DNA of 64,000 bases from a virus (taxonomy: Duplodnaviria > Caudoviricetes). The stretch lies in IMG/VR virus record IMGVR_UViG_3300007770_000001. One strand, given 5' to 3'. The notes beneath the pieces are model-generated. The model saw nothing but the letters and a program-made list of their open reading frames with translations, did not search any database and was not told where the DNA came from. Shown piece by piece: positions 62,609-64,000 of this stretch (the first letter of the stretch is position 1; each line of letters opens with the position of its first letter). The translations under genes were made by a program, and so were the position numbers.

Positions 62609-64000
62609 ATGGCTACTGCATCTATCGAGAGCTCTGTCACCGCACCGGTAGCGAAGCCGAGTGTCATCAATGCGTCTCGGGACGACCTTGAGATCAATGA
62701 TGTAGTCCTGCTGGACTCCGTCAACGCGGGAACCGTATACTCCTGGACGATTGCCTTCGCTCCCGAAGGCTCCACGGCATCCTTCTCGGGATCCGCTGTC
62801 GCCAAGAGCCCTGGTTCCTTCACCGTTGATGTCGAGGGGCCCTATCTCATCCGTCTGGTGTTTACAGACGGAACAGGAAGCACCGAACAGTTCGTGCGGC
62901 TCCGGGCGCTCACCTCCCTCGGGGACCTGAAGCTGGTTGCTGCGGGTGAGGGTGTCTATGCAGTCCCCGTTCCAGTAGACGGAACAGCAGCGGGGTGGGC
63001 GGACGACCAGAACGGGAACCTCCTTTCTCTCCTCTCTCTGATCACCAAGGCGGGGTCAGGAGGGCGGCTCCTCTATGTGGACCCCGCACAGGGAGACTAC
63101 CAGACGATCCAGGAGGCCCTCGACTACGCTCAGACACAGACCCCTACGGCGATTGCTCCGTGGGCTGTCTTGGTCCGTCCAGGCACCTACACAGAAGACC
63201 TCACCTTCTACTCGCATGTTCACGTCTTCGGGGCCCCTGGGGGTGGGGAGACCAAGGTGGTCCGTATCCAAAACGATACGGCAGCCCACTCCGTCTTCCT
63301 TGCGGGATCCTTGGACGAGGTCAACCTCACGAATCTGTACTTCGAGAATCCCGACACTTCAGCCAATGCTGTACTCAGCCTTTCCGGGGCAGGAACCCTC
63401 ACCCTGTCCCAGTGTGTAGTCTCGGCGGAAGGAGGGGCCTCTCCCCAAGGACCTGCTATCCTCACTGCAGGGACGAGCGCTCTTCGGGTTCGGGGTGGAA
63501 TCCTCTCCTCGAACTCAGGAGCCTCGGCAGACAGCTATGCGCTCATCGTAGGGGATGGGACAACAGCATCCCTCTGGAATGCGACCGTCGATATCCGGGG
63601 GATCCATGCCCGGGCAGGGTCGACCCTCGAGCTCCGGGACTGTTCCATTGCGTCGAGCGGCTCCTATGGGATCCGCTCCGAGGCCGACTTCCTCGATGTT
63701 GAGCTCACGAAGATCTCTGGTGCGGCTACCCAAGACATAGCCTTCAATCCTGGCGGGGGTGCCGTTACTGGGGATGTGGTGTCAGTCATCCGTTGGAGCC
63801 GCTTCGGCGCTCTTCTGTATGACACGGCAGGCATCTCAGGGACCACCTCTCTCACTATGGGGAGTGTTGACCACGGGGCTCTCTCGTTCCCCTCCGGGAA
63901 CCCTGGAGTCCTCGCAGCTACGGTTCTCTCAAGCACTCAGTTCTTCGACAACACCGCTACGGGACTGGCGGCAGAGAATGTACAGGCCGCTATCGATGAG
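62609..64000 (+). CDS. second tail fibre/tailspike, runs off the window end
   Basis: AGGAG RBS; MATASIESS...ASRDDL...YSWTIAFAPEGS...GPYLIRLV; YQTIQEALD...RPGTYTE; frame still open at GLAAENVQAAIDE at 64000. Absent from the ORF track because it has no stop. Confidence 0.85.
   Translation, partial: MATASIESSVTAPVAKPSVINASRDDLEINDVVLLDSVNAGTVYSWTIAFAPEGSTASFSGSAVAKSPGSFTVDVEGPYLIRLVFTDGTGSTEQFVRLRALTSLGDLKLVAAGEGVYAVPVPVDGTAAGWADDQNGNLLSLLSLITKAGSGGRLLYVDPAQGDYQTIQEALDYAQTQTPTAIAPWAVLVRPGTYTEDLTFYSHVHVFGAPGGGETKVVRIQNDTAAHSVFLAGSLDEVNLTNLYFENPDTSANAVLSLSGAGTLTLSQCVVSAEGGASPQGPAILTAGTSALRVRGGILSSNSGASADSYALIVGDGTTASLWNATVDIRGIHARAGSTLELRDCSIASSGSYGIRSEADFLDVELTKISGAATQDIAFNPGGGAVTGDVVSVIRWSRFGALLYDTAGISGTTSLTMGSVDHGALSFPSGNPGVLAATVLSSTQFFDNTATGLAAENVQAAIDE

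Noticed and set aside
58599-64000. Diversity-generating retroelement targeting the fibres
   Set aside because: No reverse transcriptase and no template/variable repeat pair with adenine-specific differences was seen in the window.
1-64000. Host assignment
   Set aside because: High GC and bacterial-type genes are not diagnostic; spacer matches or phylogenies would be needed.

Overview
This is a 64-kb segment of a large, GC-rich, contractile-tailed (myovirus-like) dsDNA phage genome, almost entirely coded on the + strand. From 0.1-17.6 kb is a bacterial-style replication/recombination module: RecD2-like helicase, 3'-5' exonuclease, HPRT, SSB-like protein, RuvC, RecA, split SbcC plus SbcD, a PD-(D/E)XK nuclease, beta clamp, DnaG core and DnaX. 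A NusG paralogue and a tandem sigma-4/HTH protein follow at 17.6-18.7 kb. From 18.7-64 kb is the virion module: a giant sheath, terminase, portal, many probable internal head proteins, prohead protease, scaffold, decoration protein, an HK97-fold major capsid protein and two fibres. Two free-standing endonuclease genes and small non-structural islands interrupt it. The most striking candidate system is capsid cargo delivery. A 989-aa protein (2H phosphoesterase, topoisomerase IB, Zn ribbon, pyrophosphatase-like domain) has K-T/S-A motifs at its domain junctions. The same [KR]-x-A motif saturates the scaffold and recurs, with N-terminal P-x-[RK]VA motifs, across the putative internal proteins. 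Other highlights are an 11-copy late-promoter motif (CRRTW-N6-YTAT), RBS-occluding hairpins, a homing endonuclease that duplicated and recoded the end of its neighbour gene, and a possible truncated capsid paralogue in the replication module. All product calls come from motifs recognised by eye; no database searches were run.
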